Below are positions 39,370 through 49,084 of a stretch of DNA of 64,000 nucleotides, piece after piece. Positions within the stretch are counted from its first letter, which is position 1. Every line of letters starts with the position of its first letter. Below the pieces are notes generated by a model. The model made no database searches and was not told the DNA's origin. It saw nothing but the letters and a program-made list of their open reading frames with translations. A program made the translations under genes and the position numbers. The DNA is from Candidatus Sericytochromatia bacterium. GTDB lineage: Bacteria > Cyanobacteriota > Sericytochromatia > S15B-MN24 > UBA4093. The stretch covers positions 1-64,000 of the forward strand of contig JAKFBU010000028.1 of assembly GCA_036676985.1 (NCBI GenBank). The letters are read 5' to 3'.

Positions 39370-40142
39370 TCCCGCTTGATCTTCTTGAGGAACCCCTGAA
39401 GCAGCCCCTCCTGGGGCGGAGGCGTCGGAAGGGTCTGAACGGGCTTGGGAGCCGGACGCGGTGGCTTCTCGCTCGCACCGTTCGGCTGGGAGTTGCTCAC
39501 CGGCTTGAGGACGTTCGCTTCGCGCTCGATGGGCGGGAACATCTGGTTGAGCACGGGATCGCTCTTGAAGAGCAGATCGTAGGTCGTCAGCAGAAAGAGC
39601 TTGGACTTGACCTTCGCCAGGTCGAAGTCGGCGATGAGCTCCCGCCGCCGGGCCGACTCCTGGGTGCCGATGCGGTTGAGGATCTCGAGCACCGCGTGGA
39701 TGTTCTCGGCCTCGAGCGTGCTCTCGACGCTCAGGAAGGCGCGGGTCTCCTGGACGACCTGGGCCGCGTCGTCGTAGCGCTCGAGCGCGATCCGGATCCG
39801 CTTGCCGACGCCCGCGTCCGAGCCCATGCGCTGCAAGACGGCCCGGACCATGGTCGCGTGGTCGGCGCGGAGGCTCCGGAGGGAGCCTTCCCACATGGGC
39901 TGCGGGATCTTGGCGAGGTCGTGGATGAAGCGCAGCATCTTCATGCGCCCCGCGAGGTTCTGGTCCATCTGATCGAAGAGGTCGACGTACTTCTGGGCGT
40001 CGGCCCTCAACTGCTGCCACTTCTCGCGATCGAGCAGGCGCTCGACCGGCTTGTTGGCAGGCCGCCGCACGTGGACCGCGGGGTGGCCCTTCGGGGCTCC
40101 CGGTGTGGGGGGCGCTGGCTTTCGGGGAGTCGGATCGGTCAC
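39366..40142 (-). CDS. Hypothetical helical protein
   Basis: Natural composition ORF; stop overlaps convergent gene. Confidence 0.65.
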   Translation of the reverse strand: MTDPTPRKPAPPTPGAPKGHPAVHVRRPANKPVERLLDREKWQQLRADAQKYVDLFDQMDQNLAGRMKMLRFIHDLAKIPQPMWEGSLRSLRADHATMVRAVLQRMGSDAGVGKRIRIALERYDDAAQVVQETRAFLSVESTLEAENIHAVLEILNRIGTQESARRRELIADFDLAKVKSKLFLLTTYDLLFKSDPVLNQMFPPIEREANVLKPVSNSQPNGASEKPPRPAPKPVQTLPTPPPQEGLLQGFLKKIKRD

Positions 40143-40258
40143 GCGTACTTCCGGGCCCGGTCGACAGAGGGACGCTTGGCATTATACCCGTCAAGCGACC
40201 CGCGCAAAGGTCGAGAGGCAAGCGATCGCTTGCCTCTCGAAGGGGTGTCCGGTTCGGG

Positions 40259-41272
40259 CTACATCACCGACAGCTTGTAGCGGTGCTGCAGGAACTGGTC
40301 CGGGGTGGGACGGGGCGAGCTGGTGTCCTGCTGCCAGGCCCTGAACGCCTTGTCGAACTCCTTGACGGCGGTCTTGATCTCGTCGTCGCTCAGGCCCTTG
40401 GTCTTGCCCGCGTCGTAGAAGTCGCCGACGGCCTTGAGGATGCCGGGATCGCTGTACTTGCCGTCGGTCGCCGTGTTGACGCCGTTCTTGAAGATGGTGT
40501 CCGTGAGCAGGAAGTCCTTGAACTCCTTGAGCTTGGCGGCCTGCTCGGCCTCGTAGGCGGGCTGCGCCACCTGCTTGATCTCGTTGGAGCGCTGGGCGAA
40601 CTGCTCCTTGGTGATGGTGCCGCCGTCGATGCCCTCGTCGAAGTTGGGATTGAGCCAGGGCTTGTCGATGCCGTCGATGCCCTGGAGCTCGGCGCCCTTG
40701 AGGACGCCGTCGCCGTCCTTGTCACGCTGGGCGAAGGCGGCGTCGATCTCGGGATCGGCCTGGCCCACGTTCTTGGTGGCCTCCTGGGCGGCGAGGACGG
40801 CGGCGGCACCGGCCGCGGCCGCCTTCGCCTGGGCCTCGGGGCTGTTGGCGATCTCCTGGCGCACCTGATCGAGCGGCTTGCCGCTGTCCATCCAGCCCTG
40901 GATGCCCGGATCCGGCTCGCGGCCGAGGATGTCGCGGTACATCTGGGCGATCGCGTCGTAACGCTCCTGGTCGAAGGCCGGGGCCGCGCCGGCGCCCTGG
41001 AAGTCGGCGCCCGGAGGGGCGGCCTGCTGGTCGCCACCCGTCATGGAGTCGATGGCCCCTTCGACCAGGTTGCTCACCACGCCGAAGGCGAAGCCCGCGG
41101 CGGCTCCCAGAGCGGTCCCGACCCCAGGAACGATGCTACCAGCTAGGGCTCCGGCCGCCGTGGCGCCGGCAATCTCACCAAGTGTCTCGTTGGCCTTGGC
41201 CTGCTCCTCGGGAGTGGGCTTGCGGACGGGCTGGGGCTGGGCGCCGGGACCCCCGATCGGGCTCATGGTCAT
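40259..41272 (-). CDS. Glycine-zipper + EF-hand hypothetical protein
   Basis: AAGGAG RBS; GALAGSIVPGVGTALGAAAG; YRDILGREPD (DUF4214-like); DKDGDGVLKGAE. Confidence 0.7.
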   Translation of the reverse strand: MTMSPIGGPGAQPQPVRKPTPEEQAKANETLGEIAGATAAGALAGSIVPGVGTALGAAAGFAFGVVSNLVEGAIDSMTGGDQQAAPPGADFQGAGAAPAFDQERYDAIAQMYRDILGREPDPGIQGWMDSGKPLDQVRQEIANSPEAQAKAAAAGAAAVLAAQEATKNVGQADPEIDAAFAQRDKDGDGVLKGAELQGIDGIDKPWLNPNFDEGIDGGTITKEQFAQRSNEIKQVAQPAYEAEQAAKLKEFKDFLLTDTIFKNGVNTATDGKYSDPGILKAVGDFYDAGKTKGLSDDEIKTAVKEFDKAFRAWQQDTSSPRPTPDQFLQHRYKLSVM

Positions 41273-41560
41273 GATGCTCTCCTTGTCATTAACTGGGGAC
41301 GATTGCTATCAGGTCAAGCAGTCTCTCCCCATATCCCCGGACGGCCGCCAATCCTTGATTGCTTGCTGGATAAAACTTCATTAAAAGTCCATTGGGTGCC
41401 AATGCCCTACGGGGGTTCCCTCGCGATGAAGGCGGCGGGGCGCGCTTTTTCACGCAGAGCCCTCCGGGCGGCCATGCGGCCGTTGGGTAACGGAGCGCTT
41501 TTTTTGGGAACAAGCGTTTCTAGTTGGTAATTTTTTGGGCCTGGAAAGACGGTGCGACGG

Positions 41561-43690
41561 ATGCTTCGTAAGTTGGCGACGGTCCTGCTGAGCGGCTTGC
41601 TGATCGGCTGCACGCCGGGGATGCTGGGGACGCTCGGCAATCCCAACGGGGCGACCAAGGTGGCCTCCGAGGCCAAGACCTACGCGGGCCAGGTGCTCGG
41701 CCTCGACGGCAAGCCCGCGGCGGGCGTCGAGGTGCAGGGCTATATCGTCTCCAACAACACCGGCAGCCTCGTCTCGAACAACACGGGCAGCCTCATCAGC
41801 CACAACGGCTCCAAGTACGGCATCCAGGCCGACGAGCTGAAGACCGTCACGGACATCGACGGGCGCTTCACCCTCGCGAGCGGCACCGGCCTGCCCTTGA
41901 ACGTGGAAGCCGTGCTCTCGAACGACGTGAAGGCCATCCGCCTCAAGGTGGACGCCGGAGCCAACGATCTGACGCTGCAGCTGGCCTACACGGGCACCAT
42001 CTCGGGTCGGGTCACGGCGCCGAGCGCGCCCACGGTCACGGACTTCACGGGCGTGGACGTCTTCATCCCGGGCACGTCGTACCTGGCCAAGACCAACGCG
42101 ACGGGCATGTTCACGCTCTCCAACGTGGCGGTGGGCACCTTCGATCTGGTGGCGACCAAGCAGGGCCTGGGCCGCGGCAACGCCACGGACGTGCGCGTCC
42201 AGTCCAAGAAGGTGACGACCACCGCGGACATCCCCATGTCCGTGACGGCTCCCGTCGTGTCCTCGCTCAGCCAGGGCAACGGAGGCCCCGGCAGCCTCGT
42301 GACCCTCACGGGCGAGTACTTCGGGGCCTCGACGGGCGAGACCTTCGACGTGTCCTTCGGCGGGGCGATCGCGGCCAACCCCGAACGGCTCGACGACCAG
42401 ACCATCCGGGTGGCCGTGCCGGACGCGGCTGTTTCCGGGGCGGTGGTGGTCACGGTCTCGGGCATCCGCAGCAACGCGACGTCCTTCAAGGTGATCGATC
42501 GCTTGGTGGTGAGCCCGGAGGTGGCCTACCTCAAGGCCGGCCGGGCGCAGCCCTACACGGTGACGGCCTACGAGCGGGACGGCGCGGTCGTCGAGAGCCC
42601 GAGCGTCACCTGGGGGGTGGACGGCACGGCTGCTACGTACAGCAATGGGGCCGTCACCTTCGCGAGCCCCGGCCGGGCCATGCTGAGCGTGCTGAGCGGG
42701 GTCAAGGCGGCGACGCGATCGCTGGAGGCCTTCAACGGGCCGGTGGTCAACACGCTCGCGGGTGGGGTGGCCGGATTCGCCGACGGGCGCGGCAGCGCGG
42801 CCAAGTTCGCCTATCCGAACGGCCTCACGGTGGACCAGGACGGCACGGTCTACGTGGCCGACCGGGACAACCACCGGATCCGCAAGGTCTCGCCCAGCGG
42901 GGACGTGACGACGGTGGTGGGCTCCGAGCGCTGGGGCAACATCAACGGCGTGGGGGATGCGGTCCAGTTCAACTCGCCGGTATGCGTGGCGCTGGATGGG
43001 AAGGGGAACCTGTTCGTCAGCGAGACGGGCAACCACCAGATCCGCAAGGTCGACCTCGCGTCGCGGGCCGTGACGACCTTTTCGGGCACCGGGGCATCCG
43101 GAGCCTCGGATCAGCTTCTCTTCTTGGGCCCAGCTACCTACTATTCCCCGCACGGTCTGGCGGTGGACGCCTCGGGCTCGGTCTTCGTCGCGGATTGGAT
43201 GAACTCCAAGATCCGCAAGATCGAGGCCAGCGGCAACGTCGTCATGACCTACGCGGGCAAGGGGTTGCCAGGGTTCATCGACGCGACGGCCTCGGTGGAC
43301 GCGGTCTTCCAGTATCCGATCGGGGTGGCGGTGAGTCCCCAGGGCGTGGTTTTCGTCTCGGACATGTACAACAACCGGATCCGGAAGATCGAGAACGGCC
43401 AGGTCACGACCTACTTCGGAAACGGGGATCCGGCGATCCTGAACAGGCCGCATGACCTGGCCTTGGATGCCAACGGCAGCCTCTACGTCGCCGATAGCCA
43501 GAACCACCGGGTGGTGAAGATCCGGCCGGACAAGACGTCGGTGGTCGTGGCGGGCAGCACCCGGGGCTATGCGGACGGGGCGGGAGCGAATGCTCAGTTC
43601 AACGAGCTCTTCGGCATCGCCGTGGGGCCGGATGGGCTGGTGTATGTAGGGGATCGGAACAACAACCGGATCCGGGTGATCTCGCCCTAG
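41561..43690 (+). CDS. Lipoprotein with carboxypeptidase-regulatory-like, IPT/TIG, Ig-like and NHL domains
   Basis: LIGC lipobox; SNNTGSL repeats; VTLTGEYFG; six NHL blades. Confidence 0.85.
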   Translation: MLRKLATVLLSGLLIGCTPGMLGTLGNPNGATKVASEAKTYAGQVLGLDGKPAAGVEVQGYIVSNNTGSLVSNNTGSLISHNGSKYGIQADELKTVTDIDGRFTLASGTGLPLNVEAVLSNDVKAIRLKVDAGANDLTLQLAYTGTISGRVTAPSAPTVTDFTGVDVFIPGTSYLAKTNATGMFTLSNVAVGTFDLVATKQGLGRGNATDVRVQSKKVTTTADIPMSVTAPVVSSLSQGNGGPGSLVTLTGEYFGASTGETFDVSFGGAIAANPERLDDQTIRVAVPDAAVSGAVVVTVSGIRSNATSFKVIDRLVVSPEVAYLKAGRAQPYTVTAYERDGAVVESPSVTWGVDGTAATYSNGAVTFASPGRAMLSVLSGVKAATRSLEAFNGPVVNTLAGGVAGFADGRGSAAKFAYPNGLTVDQDGTVYVADRDNHRIRKVSPSGDVTTVVGSERWGNINGVGDAVQFNSPVCVALDGKGNLFVSETGNHQIRKVDLASRAVTTFSGTGASGASDQLLFLGPATYYSPHGLAVDASGSVFVADWMNSKIRKIEASGNVVMTYAGKGLPGFIDATASVDAVFQYPIGVAVSPQGVVFVSDMYNNRIRKIENGQVTTYFGNGDPAILNRPHDLALDANGSLYVADSQNHRVVKIRPDKTSVVVAGSTRGYADGAGANAQFNELFGIAVGPDGLVYVGDRNNNRIRVISP

Positions 43691-43694
43691 GCGC

Positions 43695-43858
43695 ATGCAC
43701 ATAGGGAACCGTTCGCCCTTCGAGAGCCTCAGGGTGAACGGGATGGTTGTGGGTCTCAAGGGATCGCGTCTGAGCTCATGAGAAGTCCACTCAAGCCGCC
43801 AACAATAAAACCGTTCGTCCTGAGGCTCTCGAAGGAACGAACGGTTCCTCATGTGCAT
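43695..43858. repeat. Inverted pair of REP-like palindromes
   Basis: ATGCACAT..GGAACCGTTCG..CTTCGAGAGCCTCAGG and its reverse complement, between convergent genes. Confidence 0.75.
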
Positions 43859-43882
43859 GTAGGGCACAAGAGCACGCCATTC

Positions 43883-43911
43883 AAAAAGGGCCGCCCAACC
43901 GGGCGGCCCTT
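43883..43911 (-). terminator. Intrinsic terminator of the subtilase gene
   Basis: AAGGGCCGCCC-loop-GGGCGGCCCTT plus A run on plus strand. Confidence 0.7.
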
Positions 43912-43926
43912 CGTGATTCGATTGGG

Positions 43927-45147
43927 TTACTTGACCGCCGCAGCAGCATCCACCAGGCCGTGGCCGTAGTACTTGTCGAACCCAGGCTCGCCCAGGTCCT
44001 TGGCCGTCTTGATCAGATGCTCCCGCACCTGCTCCCGGTTGAAGTTCGGGAACCGCGAACGGATGAGACCCACCACGCCGGCCGCGCAGGGCGCGGCCAT
44101 CGACGTGCCGCTCATGAGCTCGTACTTCTTGCCCGGCACCGTCGAGAGGATGTCCACGCCAGGCGCCGCCACCGTCACCGTGTTGCCCCAGTTCGAGAAA
44201 TTGGCCTTCTTGTTGCTGCTGTCCGTCGCCGCCACCTCGATGACGCCCGGATAGGTCGAGGGCAGGTGCGGGGCCTTCTTCGGATCGTTCTCCGCGTTGT
44301 TGTTGCCCGCCGACGCGCAGATGACGACGTCCTTGTTCAGGGCGTACTGGAGCGCGTCCTCCAGCACCTTCGAGGGCTTGTAGATGCCCTGGCTGATGGA
44401 CATGACCGTCGCGCCATGGTCGGCCGCCCAGATGATGCCCTCCGCGATCGTGGCATCCGAGCCCTGGCCCGTCGCGCGGTCCGAGATCTGCACGGCCATC
44501 ATGCCGCAGCCGGGCGCCACGCCCGCGATGCCCTCGCCGTTGTTGGCCGCCGCCCCGAAAATGCCCAGGCAGTGGCTGCCGTGACCGCTGCCCGGCGTCA
44601 GCTCGGACTTGCGGGTCAGCACGCTCCAGGACTGCACGATCTGCGACTTGATATCCGGGTGGTCGAGCTCCGTGCCCGAGTCGATAACGGCGATGATGGT
44701 GCGCTTGGCGCCCGCCGTCGTCTTCCATGCGTCCAGCGCGTTGATGGCCCGCAGGTTGTACTGGTCCTTGAGGCGCGGGTCGTTGGGAGCCGTCTTGTAG
44801 GTCTTCTCGTCGACGTCCTCCTTCTCGACCCGGTTCACGAAGTCCGCGTAGGTGACGTTCGGGTTCTGGGCGAACTCCGCGAGCACGTCCTCGGGCGACT
44901 TGGTGGCGGGCACCTCGACGATGGCCGCGTTGAGGGCGTCGATGCTCCGGCGCGCCTTGTAGCCGTTCAGGCGGATGCCGCTCTTGCTGGCGAACTTGAC
45001 GACCACCTCGCGCTTGGAGGTGCCGTTCGCGCGGAAGTCCGACGTGCCGCTGGTGGGCGTGAGCCCCAAAGGAGACGAGGTCGGCGCGGCGCAGCCGGCG
45101 AGGACCGAGAGGATCAGGGATCCGGCAAGAAGGCGGAATTTCTTCAA
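43927..45147 (-). CDS. S8 subtilisin-like serine peptidase, lipoprotein
   Basis: LAGC; AVIDSG, HGSHC, SAGN, GTSMAAP. Confidence 0.92.
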   Translation of the reverse strand: MKKFRLLAGSLILSVLAGCAAPTSSPLGLTPTSGTSDFRANGTSKREVVVKFASKSGIRLNGYKARRSIDALNAAIVEVPATKSPEDVLAEFAQNPNVTYADFVNRVEKEDVDEKTYKTAPNDPRLKDQYNLRAINALDAWKTTAGAKRTIIAVIDSGTELDHPDIKSQIVQSWSVLTRKSELTPGSGHGSHCLGIFGAAANNGEGIAGVAPGCGMMAVQISDRATGQGSDATIAEGIIWAADHGATVMSISQGIYKPSKVLEDALQYALNKDVVICASAGNNNAENDPKKAPHLPSTYPGVIEVAATDSSNKKANFSNWGNTVTVAAPGVDILSTVPGKKYELMSGTSMAAPCAAGVVGLIRSRFPNFNREQVREHLIKTAKDLGEPGFDKYYGHGLVDAAAAVK

Positions 45148-45288
45148 CGTGGCGCTCCCTCTGAAGACACGGCGGGTGTTCCTCGGGTGTTATCCGCCGA
45201 CCTACGCGCCAAGTTTCTTAAGGCGGGTCTAAGCTGAGGACAACCTTTATTTATTGTCGTGGCGCCCCTCGGCCGTTTTCCGGGCAGC

Positions 45289-45316
45289 AAAAAGCCCCCG
45301 GCCATCGGCCGGGGGC
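45289..45316 (-). terminator. Intrinsic terminator
   Basis: GCCCCCGGCC-3-GGCCGGGGGC preceded by A run. Confidence 0.7.
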
Positions 45317-45328
45317 GAAGGGGGCGGA

Positions 45329-46681
45329 CTAGGCGAGGGTGGCTCTGAGGACCTCGCGGAACTCCTGGGTCGTGGCGTACCGGCCGTTGGGCAACGGGTT
45401 CATGGCCTTGACGATGGCGTCGCTCAGGGCCTCGGGGAGGTCCGGGTTCAGCTCCCTGGGCGGCTTGTTGATGGTCCGCGAGATGAAGCTCTCGGGCTTG
45501 GTGCCCGTCACCAGGTGATACAGGGTGGCGCCCAGGCCGTAGACGTCGCTGCGCGGATCGGCGGCCGACGCGTTGCTGAAGAGCTCCGGCGCCGAGTAGG
45601 CGGGATCACGACCGTGGATGGCCTCGGTGAAGACGATCGAGGGGTCGCCCTCGATGCGCGCGCCCGAGAAGTTCGTGACCTTGACGATCTCGTCCGACAC
45701 CCGGATGGAGGCCGGCGTGACGTTGCGGTGCACCACGGGCGGGTTGGCCTGGTGGGCGGCGTTGAGGCCCGCGGCAGCCTGGGCCACGAAGCCCGTGGCC
45801 TGCCGCCAGGTCAAGGAGCCGATCTGGTCGATGAGGTTGAAGCCCTCCACCCACTCGGAGATGATGTAGAGGTTGCCCTCGTCCTCCAGGACGTCGAGGA
45901 TCGTCACGAGGTTGGGGTGCGAGAGCTTGGCCGTCGCGCGGGCCTCGCGCACCGCGCGGTTGCGCCACAACGCGAGCTTGTCCGGCGGCAGGTTGACGTC
46001 CGAGACGAGCTTCTTGATGAAGACCTGGCGCTCGGTGATGACGTTGATGGCCTTGTAGGAGACCGATCGGGGCGAGCTCTTGAGGACCTCCGCGATCCGG
46101 TAGTTCTCGAAGGGCAGGGCCTCTTCCATGGAGAGGTTGCTGCCGACCAGCAGCTGAGCGATGTCCCGGACCTGCGTGTCCGTGGCCTCGTGGCTCATCT
46201 TCTTGGCGTCCGCCTCGATGTAGGGCAAGAGGCCCTCCAGCGAGATGAGGTCGATGTCCGTGGGGTTCTCGACGGCCATGGGCGTGTGCGGCGGCACGAC
46301 GATGAGCGCCTTGGTCTTGAGCTTGCCCATGAGGCCGGAGTTCCACCGCGAGAGGATGGTGTTGAGGGTCTTGGCCTTCATCTCGCAGCGCTGGAGCGGG
46401 TTCTCGATCTGGTGCGGCGGGTTGCCGTCGCGGTACACCACCCAGTTCTTCTGGTTGACATGCCCCTTGACCTCACCCTGCCAGTACTTGGTCTCGATGG
46501 CATACACCGCATGGGTCGACAGCAGGATGATGTCGATCTCGATGTTGCTCTGCTTGTGGTAGTAGCCGGGCAGGATGACGTTGGTGAGCGCCACGAAGCC
46601 CTCACCCAGGTGGCTTAGCGTGCGGGCGACGGTCTTCTCGAACTCGTTGACCGGGTTTCCAGCGACGATGATCTGAGCCAT
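45329..46681 (-). CDS. NERD nuclease-related domain + degenerate Ser/Thr kinase
   Basis: EIDIILL..IETKYWQG, NPLQ; kinase with HRNVTPAS and NFS in place of HRDxKPxN and DFG. Confidence 0.85.
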   Translation of the reverse strand: MAQIIVAGNPVNEFEKTVARTLSHLGEGFVALTNVILPGYYHKQSNIEIDIILLSTHAVYAIETKYWQGEVKGHVNQKNWVVYRDGNPPHQIENPLQRCEMKAKTLNTILSRWNSGLMGKLKTKALIVVPPHTPMAVENPTDIDLISLEGLLPYIEADAKKMSHEATDTQVRDIAQLLVGSNLSMEEALPFENYRIAEVLKSSPRSVSYKAINVITERQVFIKKLVSDVNLPPDKLALWRNRAVREARATAKLSHPNLVTILDVLEDEGNLYIISEWVEGFNLIDQIGSLTWRQATGFVAQAAAGLNAAHQANPPVVHRNVTPASIRVSDEIVKVTNFSGARIEGDPSIVFTEAIHGRDPAYSAPELFSNASAADPRSDVYGLGATLYHLVTGTKPESFISRTINKPPRELNPDLPEALSDAIVKAMNPLPNGRYATTQEFREVLRATLA

Positions 46682-46748
46682 GCGGGCAGCGACTCCTTCC
46701 GTCCAGCAGGGGTGGGTTCAATGTATCCTACCCCCGAATGGTGGGAGC

Positions 46749-48380
46749 CTACCCGAGCCGGAGGGCCTCCATCTTGTGCCAGACCCCCTCGAGGGCCCGC
46801 TTGAAGGAAAGGGCGTCCGCGTAGCGATCGACCGGGTTCTCCTCGAAGGCGCGGCGGACGATGGCGTTCAATTCGTCGATCCAGGAGGCATGCGCCAGGG
46901 GCAGGTTGGCCTGCTCGAGGAACATGACCACCCCCGGGCTGTCCTTGGTGATGGGCCGGAACTGGTCCGGCGGCACGAAGCCGAAGGTCCGGGGCCCGAG
47001 CCACGGCTCGGTCGGCATCTCCGAGGTGATGAGCCGGTACAGCGTGAGGCCCAGCGAGTAGATGTCGGCGGGCGGCTTGGCCTGGTTGGGGGCCGCGAAC
47101 TGCTCGGGCGGCATGTAGGTGAACGTCCCGATGGGCACGTTGGCGTCCAGCGTCAGGTTGGAGGTGCCGAGGGACGTGTTCTTGGCGATGCCGAAGTCCA
47201 AGAGCTTGACGTGCTTGGTGTGCGCCGTGAGCATCACGTTGGAGGGCTTGATGTCCCGGTGTACGATGCCCCGCTCGTGGGCGAAGGCGAGCACGTCGCA
47301 GAGCGCGATGCCGATGGCCAGGATGGCGTCGGCCGTCAGCTGCGGGCTCTCTTCGAGGTTGTTGCCCTCCACCCACTCGGTGACGAGCGTGGCGGGCTCG
47401 AGGAAGTCGTAGACCTTCACGACGCCGTCGTGGTGATTGGAGAGGGCGATGAGGCTCTGCACTTCCTTCTGGAAGCGGCTCATGACCGCATCCGACGCCG
47501 CGGCCCCGGCGCCCACCTGCTTGAGGGCGACCTGGCGCTTGAGCTTGGTGTCCTCGGCGCAGTAGAGGACCGAGTGCAGGCTCGAGCCCACCACCCGCAG
47601 GATCTTGTAGTGCTCGATGATGTCGCCCGGCTCGCGCAGGCGCACGCCCACCGGCCCGTAGGTGACCGGCCCGGTCTGCTCGACCCGGGAAGGCACCGGC
47701 GCGGGGGCGGGCTCCGGGGGAGCTTGGCGGCGCTGGCGGCGCAGCAGCCAGAGGATCATGGCGCCCATCTGGACGAGCAGGATGACGAGCACCGCGAGGA
47801 GCCACGAGAAGGGGACGTTCCGCGCGGGAGCGGGCTGGGGGCTGGGAGCGCTCGAGGGGGGCAAGCCGCCGATAGTGCCCGACTGGATCTGGTAGATGAG
47901 GTCCTGGGCCGCGAGGCGCACGGCCGGATCGTGTTGGCTCGCCTCTGTGCAGAGGGCGATCGCCGCCTCCGGGCGCCCCGCCTCGACGAGGATCCGGGCG
48001 ACGGGCAGGTAGATCCAGCCGTTTTCGGGCCAGGCCTGGATGGCGTCCTGGCCGTGGGCGATCGCCGCGTCCCATTCCCGGCGCTGGGCGTAGATGGAGG
48101 CGAGGCGCAGGTGGACCTCGCTCGCGCGCAGCTGGGGGGCGGACTGCAAGAGGGCTTCTAGCCGGTGCAGGGCCTCATCCGCCTTGCCCTCGGTGACGAG
48201 ATCGTCCACCGCCCGCAGGGAGTCGGCCCAGGCCGCGTCCGCCTGGGGGGCGACCACGGGCGCCTGCGCCGATGCCGGAAGCGCGCCTGAGACAGGCGCG
48301 CCAAGCAGTACGGCACAGATGAGGGCAGCCTTCCAGTTCAAGCGGGATCCCTTCGTCGAGACGCGAAACCGCCGCGCCAT
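46749..48380 (-). CDS. Membrane Ser/Thr kinase with extracytoplasmic TPRs
   Basis: Signal peptide, TPRs, TM, VALKQ, HRDIKPSN, DFGIAK, YMPPE. Confidence 0.88.
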   Translation of the reverse strand: MARRFRVSTKGSRLNWKAALICAVLLGAPVSGALPASAQAPVVAPQADAAWADSLRAVDDLVTEGKADEALHRLEALLQSAPQLRASEVHLRLASIYAQRREWDAAIAHGQDAIQAWPENGWIYLPVARILVEAGRPEAAIALCTEASQHDPAVRLAAQDLIYQIQSGTIGGLPPSSAPSPQPAPARNVPFSWLLAVLVILLVQMGAMILWLLRRQRRQAPPEPAPAPVPSRVEQTGPVTYGPVGVRLREPGDIIEHYKILRVVGSSLHSVLYCAEDTKLKRQVALKQVGAGAAASDAVMSRFQKEVQSLIALSNHHDGVVKVYDFLEPATLVTEWVEGNNLEESPQLTADAILAIGIALCDVLAFAHERGIVHRDIKPSNVMLTAHTKHVKLLDFGIAKNTSLGTSNLTLDANVPIGTFTYMPPEQFAAPNQAKPPADIYSLGLTLYRLITSEMPTEPWLGPRTFGFVPPDQFRPITKDSPGVVMFLEQANLPLAHASWIDELNAIVRRAFEENPVDRYADALSFKRALEGVWHKMEALRLG

Positions 48381-48505
48381 CGGGCGTCTGGCGGCTGTTC
48401 AATTGTACCCCGATACCCTTTCATGTATCGGGGACTCATGTGATCGCTCGTGTGATTGTCGGGCAGTAGGGTGGTATCGTAAGGAAGCCCGCGAAAGGAG
48501 CCCTC

Positions 48506-49072
48506 ATGCGCCTCCATACCCTGCTTGCCCTGTCACTTTCGACCTTCGCCCTCGCGGCTTGCACGCTCGACCCCAGCTTGCTCAGCATTCTTCCCCTTCG
48601 CCCCGTCGGGGGCGGGACGCCCGGCCCCACTCCCACGGGTGACTGCACGATGGTCCAGCCGATCCCCGCGCCCATCTTCCACGTGGGCTTCGTCAGCCCG
48701 GCCTCCGCCGGGGCGACCGTCTCTTTGGAGCCGTGGGTCTTCCTCGAGGCCCCGGTCATGGTGCATGACGCGGTCCTGCCCGAGACCTTCGCGGCCACGG
48801 TCGACGAGCAGGCCCGCGAGATCGTCGTGGCGGGCCAGGTCAAGGCCACCCGGCCGAACCCCGCTGCCGACTGCGGCTTCCCGGCCATCTACACCTTCCC
48901 GAAGGCGGCGACCATGAGCCTGCCCGTGGTCCTGCAGGCCTCGGGGACCTATACCGTCCGCATCGCCGCGGAGTCCTTCACGACCCGGCGGCCGGAAGAG
49001 ATGCAGCACCCGAACGACCCCCCGAAGACCTACCCCCAGCCCGCCGAGACGCGGACGCTGGTGATCAACTAG
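48506..49072 (+). CDS. Hypothetical lipoprotein (paralog 1)
   Basis: AAGGAG RBS; LAAC lipobox. Confidence 0.8.
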   Translation: MRLHTLLALSLSTFALAACTLDPSLLSILPLRPVGGGTPGPTPTGDCTMVQPIPAPIFHVGFVSPASAGATVSLEPWVFLEAPVMVHDAVLPETFAATVDEQAREIVVAGQVKATRPNPAADCGFPAIYTFPKAATMSLPVVLQASGTYTVRIAAESFTTRRPEEMQHPNDPPKTYPQPAETRTLVIN

Positions 49073-49084
49073 GAGGTGGCCGTC

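Noticed and set aside
41450-44728. 1092-aa minus-strand ORF and similar long ORFs (12069-14555, 37486-40221, 53176-54918, 59515-61317, 468-1679)
   Set aside because: Antisense or off-frame shadows of well-supported genes in high-GC DNA; Arg/Gly/Pro-rich without motifs.
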